This document shows positions 1 through 8,326 of a stretch of DNA of 64,000 bases, piece by piece. The first letter of the stretch is position 1; every line of letters starts with the position of its first letter. The DNA is taken from the NCBI GenBank assembly GCA_965206645.1, contig CBDBKE010000002.1:832218-896217 (forward strand). Direction: 5' to 3'. The notes beneath the pieces are model-generated. The model worked only from the letters and a program-made list of their open reading frames with translations. It was not told the origin of the DNA and made no database searches. A program made the translations under genes and the position numbers. This stretch comes from Terriglobia bacterium. GTDB taxonomy: Bacteria > Acidobacteriota > Terriglobia > JAJPHL01 > JAPKYU01.

Positions 1-1
1 A

Positions 2-658
2 TGGGACCAAGTGCAGAATGCTGTGCGCCGCACCTGCAAATCGCTCGCCGCTAATGAAGCACCACGGGTGGTGCTGATCGATTCGATTGCGGCCGAGCGC
101 GCACCGACCGCAGGGCGGCCCGCTGAAGCGAGGCGCCTGAAGGGCGCAGAGCTGAGTTCTTTCCAAGACCGTCTGCGCAGCGCCGCCAAGATCGGCGCGG
201 AAGAATTCGGCTTAACCGTTTCGCTACACGCCCACGCCGCCGGGTTTGTCGAATTCGCGGACGAGTTGGAGCGGATGCTCGATGCGATCGACGCTTCGCT
301 CTTGAAAATCTGTCTCGACACCGGCCACTGTATTTACGCCGGATTTGATCCGATCGCATTCTACACACGCTACAGCGCGCGTGTTGAATATCTGCATTTC
401 AAGGACATCGACCCCGCGGTTCGGGCGCATGTCGTGGCCAACCAGATCGGCTTTTATGACGCCTGCGGTCAGGGCCTGTTCTGCATACTGGGCAAGGGCG
501 AGGTTGATTTCACAGCGTTCAAGGCCGCGCTGATCCAAGCCGGCTTCTCAGGCTGGGGCACGGTCGAGCAGGATTGCGATCCGGCAGGAGCCACGCTTCC
601 GAGCGACGACGCTCGTGTCAATCTCGAGCATTTGCGATCCGTTGGACTCGCCAGTTGA
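2..658 (+). CDS. Sugar-phosphate isomerase/epimerase TIM-barrel protein (IolE/xylose-isomerase-like), 5' partial
   Basis: Motifs SLHAH, ICLDTGH, YLHFKD, LGKGEVDF and TVEQD. The frame is open to the window edge. Confidence 0.8.
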   Translation, partial: WDQVQNAVRRTCKSLAANEAPRVVLIDSIAAERAPTAGRPAEARRLKGAELSSFQDRLRSAAKIGAEEFGLTVSLHAHAAGFVEFADELERMLDAIDASLLKICLDTGHCIYAGFDPIAFYTRYSARVEYLHFKDIDPAVRAHVVANQIGFYDACGQGLFCILGKGEVDFTAFKAALIQAGFSGWGTVEQDCDPAGATLPSDDARVNLEHLRSVGLAS

Positions 659-761
659 GGGCTTTTCGATGAAACGTTTAAACCGGGTAGCGCGGCAAGT
701 CGGAAGACTATTGGGCGCGGCCCGGGCCTGGGTCGATAGCTCAGAAGCGTTTAGGCCAGAC

Positions 762-873
762 TGGCCAGGCCGAGATTTTGTACCAAGTGATGTGAGACAT
801 ATTACATTACCATTTGAAGCTCTGGGCTCGGGTTCCAGGGTGGTGTATAGGCCCCCGGCGCCGGGGGCCTATA
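762..873 (-). mobile_element. Right-end remnant of an IS3-family element (variant of the 4559 element)
   Basis: TGGCCAGGCCGAGATTTTGTACCAA resembles the IR TGACCAGACCGATTTTTTGTACCAA. The minus strand reads YRPPAPGAYTPPWNPSPELQMVM*, like the OrfB C-terminus. Confidence 0.75.
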
Positions 874-889
874 GAGTCTGTGTGAAAAC
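874..889. mobile_element. Isolated IS1182-like terminal inverted repeat
   Basis: GAGTCTGTGTGAAAAC matches the ends at 19498-19512 (reverse complement GAGACTGTGTGAAAA) and at 62389 (GAGCCTGTGTGGAAAC). Both of those ends are attached to IS1182 transposase C-termini. Confidence 0.7.
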
Positions 890-954
890 GGTACTGTCAA
901 GTTGAGCAGAATCCTTCCACAAAACGGGCGGATTCTGCTCAACTTGACAGTACC
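890..954. mobile_element. 65-bp MITE, IS6-like ends (copy 1)
   Basis: Perfect 25-bp inverted arms GGTACTGTCAAGTTGAGCAGAATCC around a 15-nt loop. The same termini occur at 2623 and 24352. Confidence 0.75.
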
Positions 955-1151
955 ATCGGCGCAGCATCGACCGGCAGGCACCCAGCGAGTGCTTCGTTCA
1001 GACTGGATGTGGGGGGATAGCCCCTGGAGAAGCCTCGTGGCTACCTGAAGGATCCGCGACTAATATAGCTATCGTCATTCATCAGGATAGGATATTGAAG
1101 GGCTGGTACACCTACGAGATCCCGATAGTCTCGTGAGTCGATGAGGCGGTC

Positions 1152-2612
1152 GTGACGCACGGGACGAATATTCTCTTCGACAACACCTACGCCCGGCTGC
1201 CGGAACGTTTCTTCGCCAGACAGGCGCCTGCCCCAGTGCCCGCACCGACGCTCGTCCGCATCAATCGTGAACTTGCGGCCACGCTGTCGGTCGACAGCGA
1301 CTGGTTCGCATCAGCTGACGGCATCGCGATGCTCGCAGGAAGCGCGCCGCCGGAGGGTTCTGAGCCGATCGCACAGGCGTACGCGGGCCATCAGTTCGGT
1401 GGATTCGTGCCCCAACTTGGCGATGGCCGCGCGATCCTGCTCGGCGAAGCCATCGACACCTCGGGCGCGCGCCGCGACCTGCAGCTGAAGGGTTCAGGCC
1501 GCACGCCGTTTTCCCGCGGCGGCGATGGCAGGGCGGCGCTCGGCCCCGTGCTCCGCGAATACGTCATCAGCGAAGCGATGTCCGCGCTGGGGGTGCCCAC
1601 GACCCGGGCGCTCGCTGCCGTGACCACCGGCGAAATCGTCATGCGGCAAGAAGGCCCGCTCGCAGGCGGGGTATTTACCCGCGTGGCCGCCAGTCATATT
1701 CGGGTCGGGACGTTTCAGTATTTTCTCGTGCGCAATGATATCGATGCGCTGCGACTGCTCTCCGATCATGCCATCGCCAGGCACTACCCGCAGGCCGCCT
1801 GCGCGGCGAACCCGTATCTCGCACTGTTGGAGTCGGTCGTCGCGGCGCAGGCGGATCTGATTGCCCAGTGGATGTCTCTGGGCTTCATCCATGGCGTGAT
1901 GAACACGGACAATATGACGATCTCCGGGGAAACGATCGACTACGGCCCATGTGCGTTCATGGACGTGTTTCACCCGCAATGCGTCTTCAGTTCGATCGAT
2001 CGCGGTGCGCGCTATGCCTATGGCAAGCAGCCAGACATCGGACTCTGGAACCTCACCCGATTCGCCGAAACGCTGTTGCCGCTCTTGGCAGAGGACTCTG
2101 ACAAGGCAAAGGAGAATGCTGAAACCGTGCTGTCCGGATATCCGGAACGATTCAGCGTCCAGTGCAGCGCCCGGTTCCGCGCCAAGTTGGGCCTTCCTGC
2201 TGAGGCGCCGGCCGAGCTGATTCAAGAGTGCCTCGATCTACTGGCCGCGGAAGAGGTAGATTTCACGCTCTTCTTTCGTCACCTCACGCGTGTCGCCGGC
2301 GGAGAAACCCCCGAACGGATCACGGCGATGTGTGGCGGCAGTGAGGCTCTCTCCACGTGGCTCGACACATGGCGTCGCGAGGCTGACCCCGCCACGCACC
2401 TCGCCGACATGCACGCCGCCAATCCGATCCTGATCCCACGCAATCACCGCGTCGAGCACGCTATCCAGCGTGCCTATGGTGGCGACTTCGCCCCGTTCCA
2501 CCGGCTCGTCGACGCGCTGGCTGCTCCCTATGCGGAGCAGACCGAATACGCTGATCTCGAAGCGCCGCCCCAGGCCGATGAGATTGTTCACGAAACGTTC
2601 TGCGGCACGTGA
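1152..2612 (+). CDS. selO: Protein adenylyltransferase SelO/YdiU
   Basis: AQAYAGHQFG..QLGDGRA, QLKGSGRTPFSRGGDGRA, GFIHGVMNTDN, TIDYGP, C-terminal TFCGT. Confidence 0.95.
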   Translation: MTHGTNILFDNTYARLPERFFARQAPAPVPAPTLVRINRELAATLSVDSDWFASADGIAMLAGSAPPEGSEPIAQAYAGHQFGGFVPQLGDGRAILLGEAIDTSGARRDLQLKGSGRTPFSRGGDGRAALGPVLREYVISEAMSALGVPTTRALAAVTTGEIVMRQEGPLAGGVFTRVAASHIRVGTFQYFLVRNDIDALRLLSDHAIARHYPQAACAANPYLALLESVVAAQADLIAQWMSLGFIHGVMNTDNMTISGETIDYGPCAFMDVFHPQCVFSSIDRGARYAYGKQPDIGLWNLTRFAETLLPLLAEDSDKAKENAETVLSGYPERFSVQCSARFRAKLGLPAEAPAELIQECLDLLAAEEVDFTLFFRHLTRVAGGETPERITAMCGGSEALSTWLDTWRREADPATHLADMHAANPILIPRNHRVEHAIQRAYGGDFAPFHRLVDALAAPYAEQTEYADLEAPPQADEIVHETFCGT

Positions 2613-2622
2613 GTGGACCGCG

Positions 2623-2753
2623 GGCACTGTCAAGTTAAGCAGTTTGGCGGCATTCTCGCCGCCCGCCGCCACCGCTAAGTCATTGATTCTCAGTCTCTGA
2701 TCCAGCAGAATCCTTCCGCAAAACGGGCGGATTCTGCTCAACTTGACAGTGCC
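2623..2753. mobile_element. 131-bp MITE, IS6-like ends (copy 2)
   Basis: Termini GGCACTGTCAAGTTAAGCAG and CTGCTCAACTTGACAGTGCC. Its 3' half is nearly identical to copy 1. It contains an IHF consensus at 2676-2688. Confidence 0.75.
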
Positions 2754-2960
2754 AACGGGGATGGCGTACCCCAGGACTACGTCCAAGCCCACAAGTGGGT
2801 TAACTTGGCGGCCTCACGGACTACTACAAGGAAAGCAGAGGATTACCGAGTAGCGAGGGACAAACTGGCAGAGAAGATGACTGCTTCACAAGTCGCCGAG
2901 GCCCAGCGATTGGCGCGGGAATGGCGACCGAAGACCTGGGAGCAACTGAAGGGCAAGTAG
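2754..2960 (+). pseudogene. Sel1-like repeat protein, C-terminal remnant
   Basis: Translates NGDGVPQDYVQAHKWVNLAAS...KMTASQVAEAQRLAREW...*. It starts flush with the MITE end. Confidence 0.75.
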
Positions 2961-3003
2961 GTCTCGCCGTGGCTCAGCGCGTTTCTCTGAGAAGATTCCA
3001 ATT

Positions 3004-3477
3004 ATGAAAATTGCTTTGTTTGCTTTGCTGGCCCTGCCGTGCGTGGTGTCTGCCAGTGCCGATACTCTGACCGGTGCAGCTCGCATCATCGACGCCGACA
3101 CCGTGGAGATTGCCGGTGAAAAGTTGCGCCTGGAGGGGATTGACGCGCCGGAATCAAGGCAGACGTGCAAGCGTGACGGGAAGCGCTACGATTGCGGAAA
3201 GGAGGCGACTTCGGCACTGCGTGTGAAGATCGGTAAGGCATCCATCACGTGCAAGGGTGACACGAGGGACCAGTACGACCGTTTGATTGCCGTCTACTAC
3301 CTGGACGACCTGGACTTGAACGGATGGCTCGTCCGTCAAGGCCATGCACTCGCTTATCGGCGCTACTCGAAACGGTACGTTGCCGCTGAAGATGAGGCCT
3401 GGAAAGCCAAGCGTGGTATCTGGCAAGGACAATTCATCAAGCCGTGGCAATGGCGCCAAGGCGCCCGGTTGGACTGA
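3004..3477 (+). CDS. Secreted thermonuclease (SNase) family protein
   Basis: Signal peptide; IIDADT, LRLEGIDAPE, DQYDRLIA, LVRQGHA, KRGIW. Confidence 0.9.
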   Translation: MKIALFALLALPCVVSASADTLTGAARIIDADTVEIAGEKLRLEGIDAPESRQTCKRDGKRYDCGKEATSALRVKIGKASITCKGDTRDQYDRLIAVYYLDDLDLNGWLVRQGHALAYRRYSKRYVAAEDEAWKAKRGIWQGQFIKPWQWRQGARLD

Positions 3478-3749
3478 CCCCACGGGGCGGCGGGAGCTGG
3501 GGCATTGTCGCCTCCGCCTCCGGTCGGATAGCCGAGGCTACAGCAGCCGGGAACATTAGTTGCCGGAGTGGTGCTGGTTTTAGTGATCGCCATGAACACG
3601 GATGCTCAAGAGGATGCGCCCGGAGTCACGGTATTTGTACAAGGCTCAGTAGTGTCGAGTTTTAGCGGGACAAGTGGCACGACAGAGCCTCAGACTATCG
3701 AGGTGATGAAGCAGTTGCGCCGATTCTGTCCGAACGTCCGCATTACCGC

Positions 3750-4286
3750 TGACCTGCCCCCGGTTGTTGGTCCACTTTTTATGTTAGTCCATAAGCCGTT
3801 GCAGCCGGGTGGAGCGGAGCGGAACCCGGCGGTAACGGCAAGATCGCTTCCGGGGCTGGCGGCCGGTAGCCCAACGCGCTGTGCGGGCGAACTTTGTTAT
3901 ACTCCCGTCGCCATCCCTCAATCAACACCTTCGCTTCCCGCAAGGTGTGGAAGATCTCTCCATTGAGAAACTCGTCTCGAAACTTCCCGTTCAATGATTC
4001 TACATGCCCGTTTTCCCATGGGCTCCCCGGCTCGATGAACAAAGTTTTTACCTCTACCCGCTCCAGCCAGTTCCGAACCAACCGTGCTGTGAACTCGGAC
4101 CCATTGTCCGAGCGAATGTAATCGGGAACTCCTCGCTCCACAAACAAGGCTGCCAGCCGTTCCAAGACACTCATCGAATCAGCTCGCCGTCCTACGTCGA
4201 TCGCCAAACATTCTCGCGTGTACTCATCCACCACCGTCAACATCTTCAGGGGACGACCGTCCCGGGTTCGATCTGCCACAAAATCG
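3750..4286 (-). mobile_element. IS3-family element, 3' part of orfB plus right IR (truncated by IS5)
   Basis: IR TGACCTGCCCCCGG; DEYTREC, RSDNGSEF, PWENGHVES, RPHSALGYRPP. Confidence 0.9.
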
Positions 4287-4558
4287 GGCGTTGTTGCAGA
4301 AATCTGACTCCATCCCCAACGCTCTCCCTCCTGATAGGCTAGGGGATGGGCAAAAGCGACTACACCTTCCGATATAAGGTTCGCAACTGGCCGGAGTACA
4401 ACCGGGCTCTGGTGAAACGTGGGCAGCTGACACTGTGGTTCGACACGGAGGCAGTCGCTGCCTGGCGTCATCCAGGACCCTTCGAAGGGCGAGGCCGGCC
4501 CAAGGTCTACGCAGATGCGGCGATCCAATGTGCGCTGGTCCTGAATTCGGTGTTTCAC

Positions 4559-5808
4559 TGACCTGACCGGCACTTTTTGTACCAAGTGGAAAGAGAGAGA
4601 ATCCACTTGAGGAGGAAGTGAGGTCATGCCGACAAGGAGTTACAAGCCGGAGCAGATTGTAGCGGTGCTACGGCAGATAGAAGTGCAGATGGGGAACGGG
4701 AAGACTGCGCCCCAAGCCTGCAAAGAAGCTGGAATCCACACCCAAACCTACTACCGGTGGCGGAAGGAATACGGCGGGCTGAAGGTGGTGCAGGCAAAAC
4801 GGCTAAAGGAGTTGGAGAAGGAAAACACGCGGCTGAAGCGGTTGGTAGCGGAGCTTTCTCTGGAGAAGCAGGTGCTGCGGGATGTGGCACAGGGAAACTT
4901 CTGAGCCCTGAGCGGCGGCGTTGTGCGGTGGAGCGTGCGTGGGAGCAACACGGGTTGTCGGAACGGCATGCCTGCCGGCTGCTGGGGCAATGGCGAGGGA
5001 CACAACGATACGAGCCGATTCATCGGGTGGACGAGGATGCTCTGACCCGAGTGATCATTGCCCTGGGAGCGAAGTACGGGCGATATGGCTACCGGAGGAT
5101 CACAGCGTTGCTGCGGAGTGCGGGCTGGGAAGTGGGCAAGGACCGGGTGCAGCGGATTTGGCGGCGGGAAGGGCTGAAAGTGCCGCAAAAACAAAGGCCG
5201 CGAGGACGGCTGTGGCTGAACGACGGTTCCTGTGTACGACTGAGGCCGGAGCGACCGAACCACGTGTGGAGCTACGACTTCATGAGTGCCAGAACGCACG
5301 AGGGGAGAACGCTGCGGCTGCTGACCTTGCTGGATGAGTACACGCGGGAATGCCTGGCGATCCGGGTGGAGCGGAGGATGGGCAGCCAACAAATCATTGA
5401 GGCGTTGTCGGACGTGATGTTGTGGCGAGGGATACCGGAACAGATTCGATCCGACAATGGTCCCGAGTTCATCGCCAAACAACTGCGCCAGTGGTTGGCA
5501 AATCTAGGGACCGGGACACTGTACATCGAACCGGGCAGTCCCTGGGAGAACGGGTACTGCGAGAGTTTCAATGGGAAGCTGCGGGACGAATGCCTGAATG
5601 GAGAGATCTTCTACTCGTTGAAGGAGGCACAGGTGGTGATTGAACAGTGGAGAGTGCAATACAACACGGTGCGGCCGCACTCGGCGCTCGGCTATAGGCC
5701 CCCGGCGCCGGGGGCCTATAGCCCTCCCCTGCCACTGAAACCAGTTTCACAGCCCCAGGCTGCGATGTAAACTCTCACTACGGTTGGTACAAAAAATCGG
5801 TCTGGTCA
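4559..5808 (+). mobile_element. Complete IS3-family element (orfA 4626-4904; orfB to 5770, -1 frameshift)
   Basis: TGACC...GGTCA IRs, 4-bp TSD TCAC, slippery GGGAAAC at 4892-4898, DDE motifs. Confidence 0.95.
5690..5723. repeat. Perfect 34-bp palindrome within IS3 orfB
   Basis: GGCTATAGGCCCCCGGC|GCCGGGGGCCTATAGCC. Also present at 11191-11224, and as a 28-bp core at 846-873. Confidence 0.95.
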
Positions 5809-6121
5809 TCACCTCAACCTACGGACCACTCAAGGGTTCCTTCAATCCATCGTGGCGCTCATGGCTCTCGACCTCCCAGTGCCCAACTACAGCACGGTGA
5901 GCCAAAGGCAAAGCGCCGTCGACGTCCGACTGAGTGTACGGCCCACGGATCGACCACGACATGTCGCCATCGATTCGACGGGCCTGAAGATCTACGGAGC
6001 CGGTGAGTGGCACATCAGAAAACACCGAACCCTCCGCCGTAGGACATGGCGAAAGCTCCACCTAGGCGTCGATGAGACGACGAAAGAGATCGTTGCGATA
6101 GACCTGACTGCGAGCAACGTC

Positions 6122-6817
6122 GCTTAGATCGTCAAAATCGAGCAGGATGAGATGCTTCGAAGCGTATTGATTCACCCGACTATTAAGTCCGAGCACGTAG
6201 TCATTTGCCTCGGGGACTCTCAACGCCTTGAGGGTCCGACGATTTGAGTTCAGGAGTTTACGTAACCACGTATCAGTCATGCGGCCCTTCGGACACCATG
6301 CCGTGAAACGTGTGTGGTGAAAGTACAACTTCGGGCAATAGATATCGAAGGAAAAGTCTCTAATGCTTGAGTTTTCATGCACAAGAACAGAGAGTATGTT
6401 GTCTATTGAAATCGGCGGAATCTCTTTCTGCGCGCGGAGGATGAAGGCCTTGACTGTGGCGTCGTATTTATCGAGGTCTTTCAGCGTGGTCGGAACGTAC
6501 TCGCCATAGTCCGCCTTTTCTCGGTCCCCGTAGAGCGTTCTTAAAACCTTCCCGTAGCGCGCCGGGAAACCCCGCCGCACGACCCATTCCTTCCCAAACG
6601 TCGAGATGATTCCCACATGCTTCTTCGAGTTATTACCAATGAGTCGGAGCAGCGCAACGGCAGTATGGTGGGCGCTGTAGTAGAGACGATTGTACGCACC
6701 CAGGCGGGTCCTCCCGCTCGGGATTAAGGCGTGCGCTTCTGCTAACGCGTCAAAAGCCTTCGCAATCCAGCGGTGTGCCTGTTCAACTGACTTTCCCGTG
6801 TAGCTGGGTTTCGGCAT
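6122..6817 (-). CDS. HEPN-domain protein with a C-terminal primase(AEP)-like segment, 3'-truncated at IS5
   Basis: HEPN signature YNRLYYSAHH, KHVGIISTF, REKADY. C-terminal VLGLNSRV...HLILLDFDD. RBS AGGAG upstream. Confidence 0.65.
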
Positions 6818-6847
6818 ATCTCGTTGTTCTCCTGTTCAAGCTGCCAA

Positions 6848-7201
6848 TCAGGCATCTTTGGGCCGTGGCGGCAGGTCGAACAGTGCCAGGTCCTGGTCGC
6901 GCTCGAGGAACTCATCGAGGCCCTTCCTGAGCCGTGTAATGGACACCGGGTCGGCCTGGCTGACGCTGTCGATGTAGGAGCCGATCAGGATCAAGCGGCG
7001 GGTGCGGCGCTTGCGGTCGGCGGCGGAGAGGCGGGCCTGGGCGCGGCGGATCTGGCGGGTGAGGGTGGTACGCTGGCGGCGTTGGGCCTCCTGCAGCGCT
7101 TTTTTCTTCGCCGCGAGTTCCTGCTTGAGGGCTGCTTGCCGCTCAAGTAGTTGCTGCAGTTCGTCTTGTGGATCCATCTTGGTAGACGGCAGCATCGCCA
7201 C
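6848..7201 (-). CDS. Mobilization accessory protein (MobC/MobS-like)
   Basis: Coiled coil followed by DRKRRTRRLILIG. Divergent from the relaxase across oriT. Confidence 0.7.
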   Translation of the reverse strand: MAMLPSTKMDPQDELQQLLERQAALKQELAAKKKALQEAQRRQRTTLTRQIRRAQARLSAADRKRRTRRLILIGSYIDSVSQADPVSITRLRKGLDEFLERDQDLALFDLPPRPKDA

Positions 7202-7260
7202 AGTCTATTATTCAAATACGGCATCTATGATGCACGGCCAAAAGAACCAGAACGATAGTA

Positions 7261-7297
7261 AGGGCGCGTACTATTCCCGTTTCTCTGCGAGAAATGG
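7261..7297 (-). other. MOBQ-type origin of transfer (oriT-like)
   Basis: AGGGCGCGTACTATTCCCGTTTCTCTGCGAGAAATGG: a GCGCCCT nic-like motif plus a TTTCTC/GAGAAA hairpin, resembling the RSF1010 oriT. It lies between the mobC-like and mobA genes. Confidence 0.7.
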
Positions 7298-7328
7298 CGT
7301 GCGTCCGAACGACGACGGACGTGACGGC

Positions 7329-8159
7329 GTGGCGGTCTATCACCTCAAGGTCGGTTTCGGTTCCCGCGCCGGTGGGCAGTCCGCCCGCGCCAAGAATGAG
7401 TACATCGAGCGCGAGGGGCGCTATGCCGCGTACGGCGAGGAACGCGAGCATGTAGAGCACGGCCACATGCCCGCGTGGGCGCAGGACGACCCGCACGCCT
7501 ACTGGCAGGCGGCGGACGCGCATGAGCGCGCCAACGGGCGGCTCTACAGCGAAGTCCAGTTCGCCCTACCGCGCGAACTGGACGCGAGTGGGCGGCGCGA
7601 GCTCGCGGGCGCGTTCGCCGAGCGGGTATGCGGCGGGGAGCGGCTGCAGGAGACCTATGACCGAGTTCGAAGAGCGGTTGACGCACGAGTACAGCAAGCT
7701 GGCCGAGCAATACGCGCAGGAGCAGAAAGAGCTGTCCGCGCAGGTCGAGAGCTTGGGCAAGCAGGTGCGGCAGTGGGCCGAGCAGTACGCACGGGAGCAG
7801 ACGCGGCTTGGCGATCAGGTCGCGAGCTTGGGAGCGCACGTGCGGCGGTTAGCCGATCAATCCGCACAAGAGCGGAAAGCGCACACCGAGTGGGCGAGTA
7901 CGCTCGTGGAGCAACAACAACAAATGGGCGCACATGTCACGACCTTGACCACCGAATACGAAGGGCTGTTGCAGAACGTCAACAGAATGATCGACGCCTC
8001 CAACAGTGTTGCGAGCGAGTTGGAAACACTTATTCGATGATCCACCCCGAGGCTGTGCAGAAGCGGAAGGACGGGGACCGGCCGGACCGCGTGGAGGGTC
8101 TCATTGAGAGCCGTATCCAAAACAGAATGCGCAGCCGCAGCTATGATTTCGACCGGTAG
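7329..8159 (+). pseudogene. mobA: MobA/MobL (MOBQ) relaxase with internal deletion
   Basis: GTG start; AVYHLKV..SRAGGQSA...YIEREGRY; WQAADAHERANGRLYSEVQFALPREL. The His-triad motif is absent. The tail is RSRSYDFDR. Confidence 0.8.
7657..8040 (+). CDS. MbeD/MobD-like coiled-coil protein overlapping mobA
   Basis: GGAG RBS; MTEFEERLTHEYSKLAEQY. Nested in an alternate frame of the relaxase C-terminus, as in small mobilizable plasmids. Confidence 0.55.
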   Translation: MTEFEERLTHEYSKLAEQYAQEQKELSAQVESLGKQVRQWAEQYAREQTRLGDQVASLGAHVRRLADQSAQERKAHTEWASTLVEQQQQMGAHVTTLTTEYEGLLQNVNRMIDASNSVASELETLIR

Positions 8160-8326
8160 TTCTCACGCCGATCGCGCATCACCGGAAGCCATGCTCGCCC
8201 ATTTCGAGACGCTGAGCACGCCGGCGCCACTCAGCCAGGGGACCATGCAATGCGGGTGACCAGCTGGAACTGCTCGCGCGGCGCCGACGTGTCACGCCGT
8301 GGGCGCCAAGGACCTATCATCCGCAT

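Larger units (their letters stand above)
4287..6121 (+). mobile_element. IS5-family (IS903-like) element, interrupted by IS3 and 3'-truncated
   Basis: Near-identical to the intact copy at 17792-18853. Left IR is GGCGTTGTTGCAGAAAT. Similarity ends at 6121. Confidence 0.9.

Noticed and set aside
2601-2612. Possible selenocysteine read-through at the selO TGA
   Set aside because: TFCGT* is an ordinary bacterial YdiU ending, and the downstream sequence is a MITE rather than a recognisable SECIS.
3779-4627. 282-aa ORF as a novel transposase fusion
   Set aside because: It is a chimera of the IS3 orfB remnant with antisense IS5/IS3 sequence.
7002-7328. N-terminal extension of the relaxase ORF
   Set aside because: It overlaps mobC and oriT. 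The real start is probably GTG 7329, matching the MOBQ N-terminal motif.
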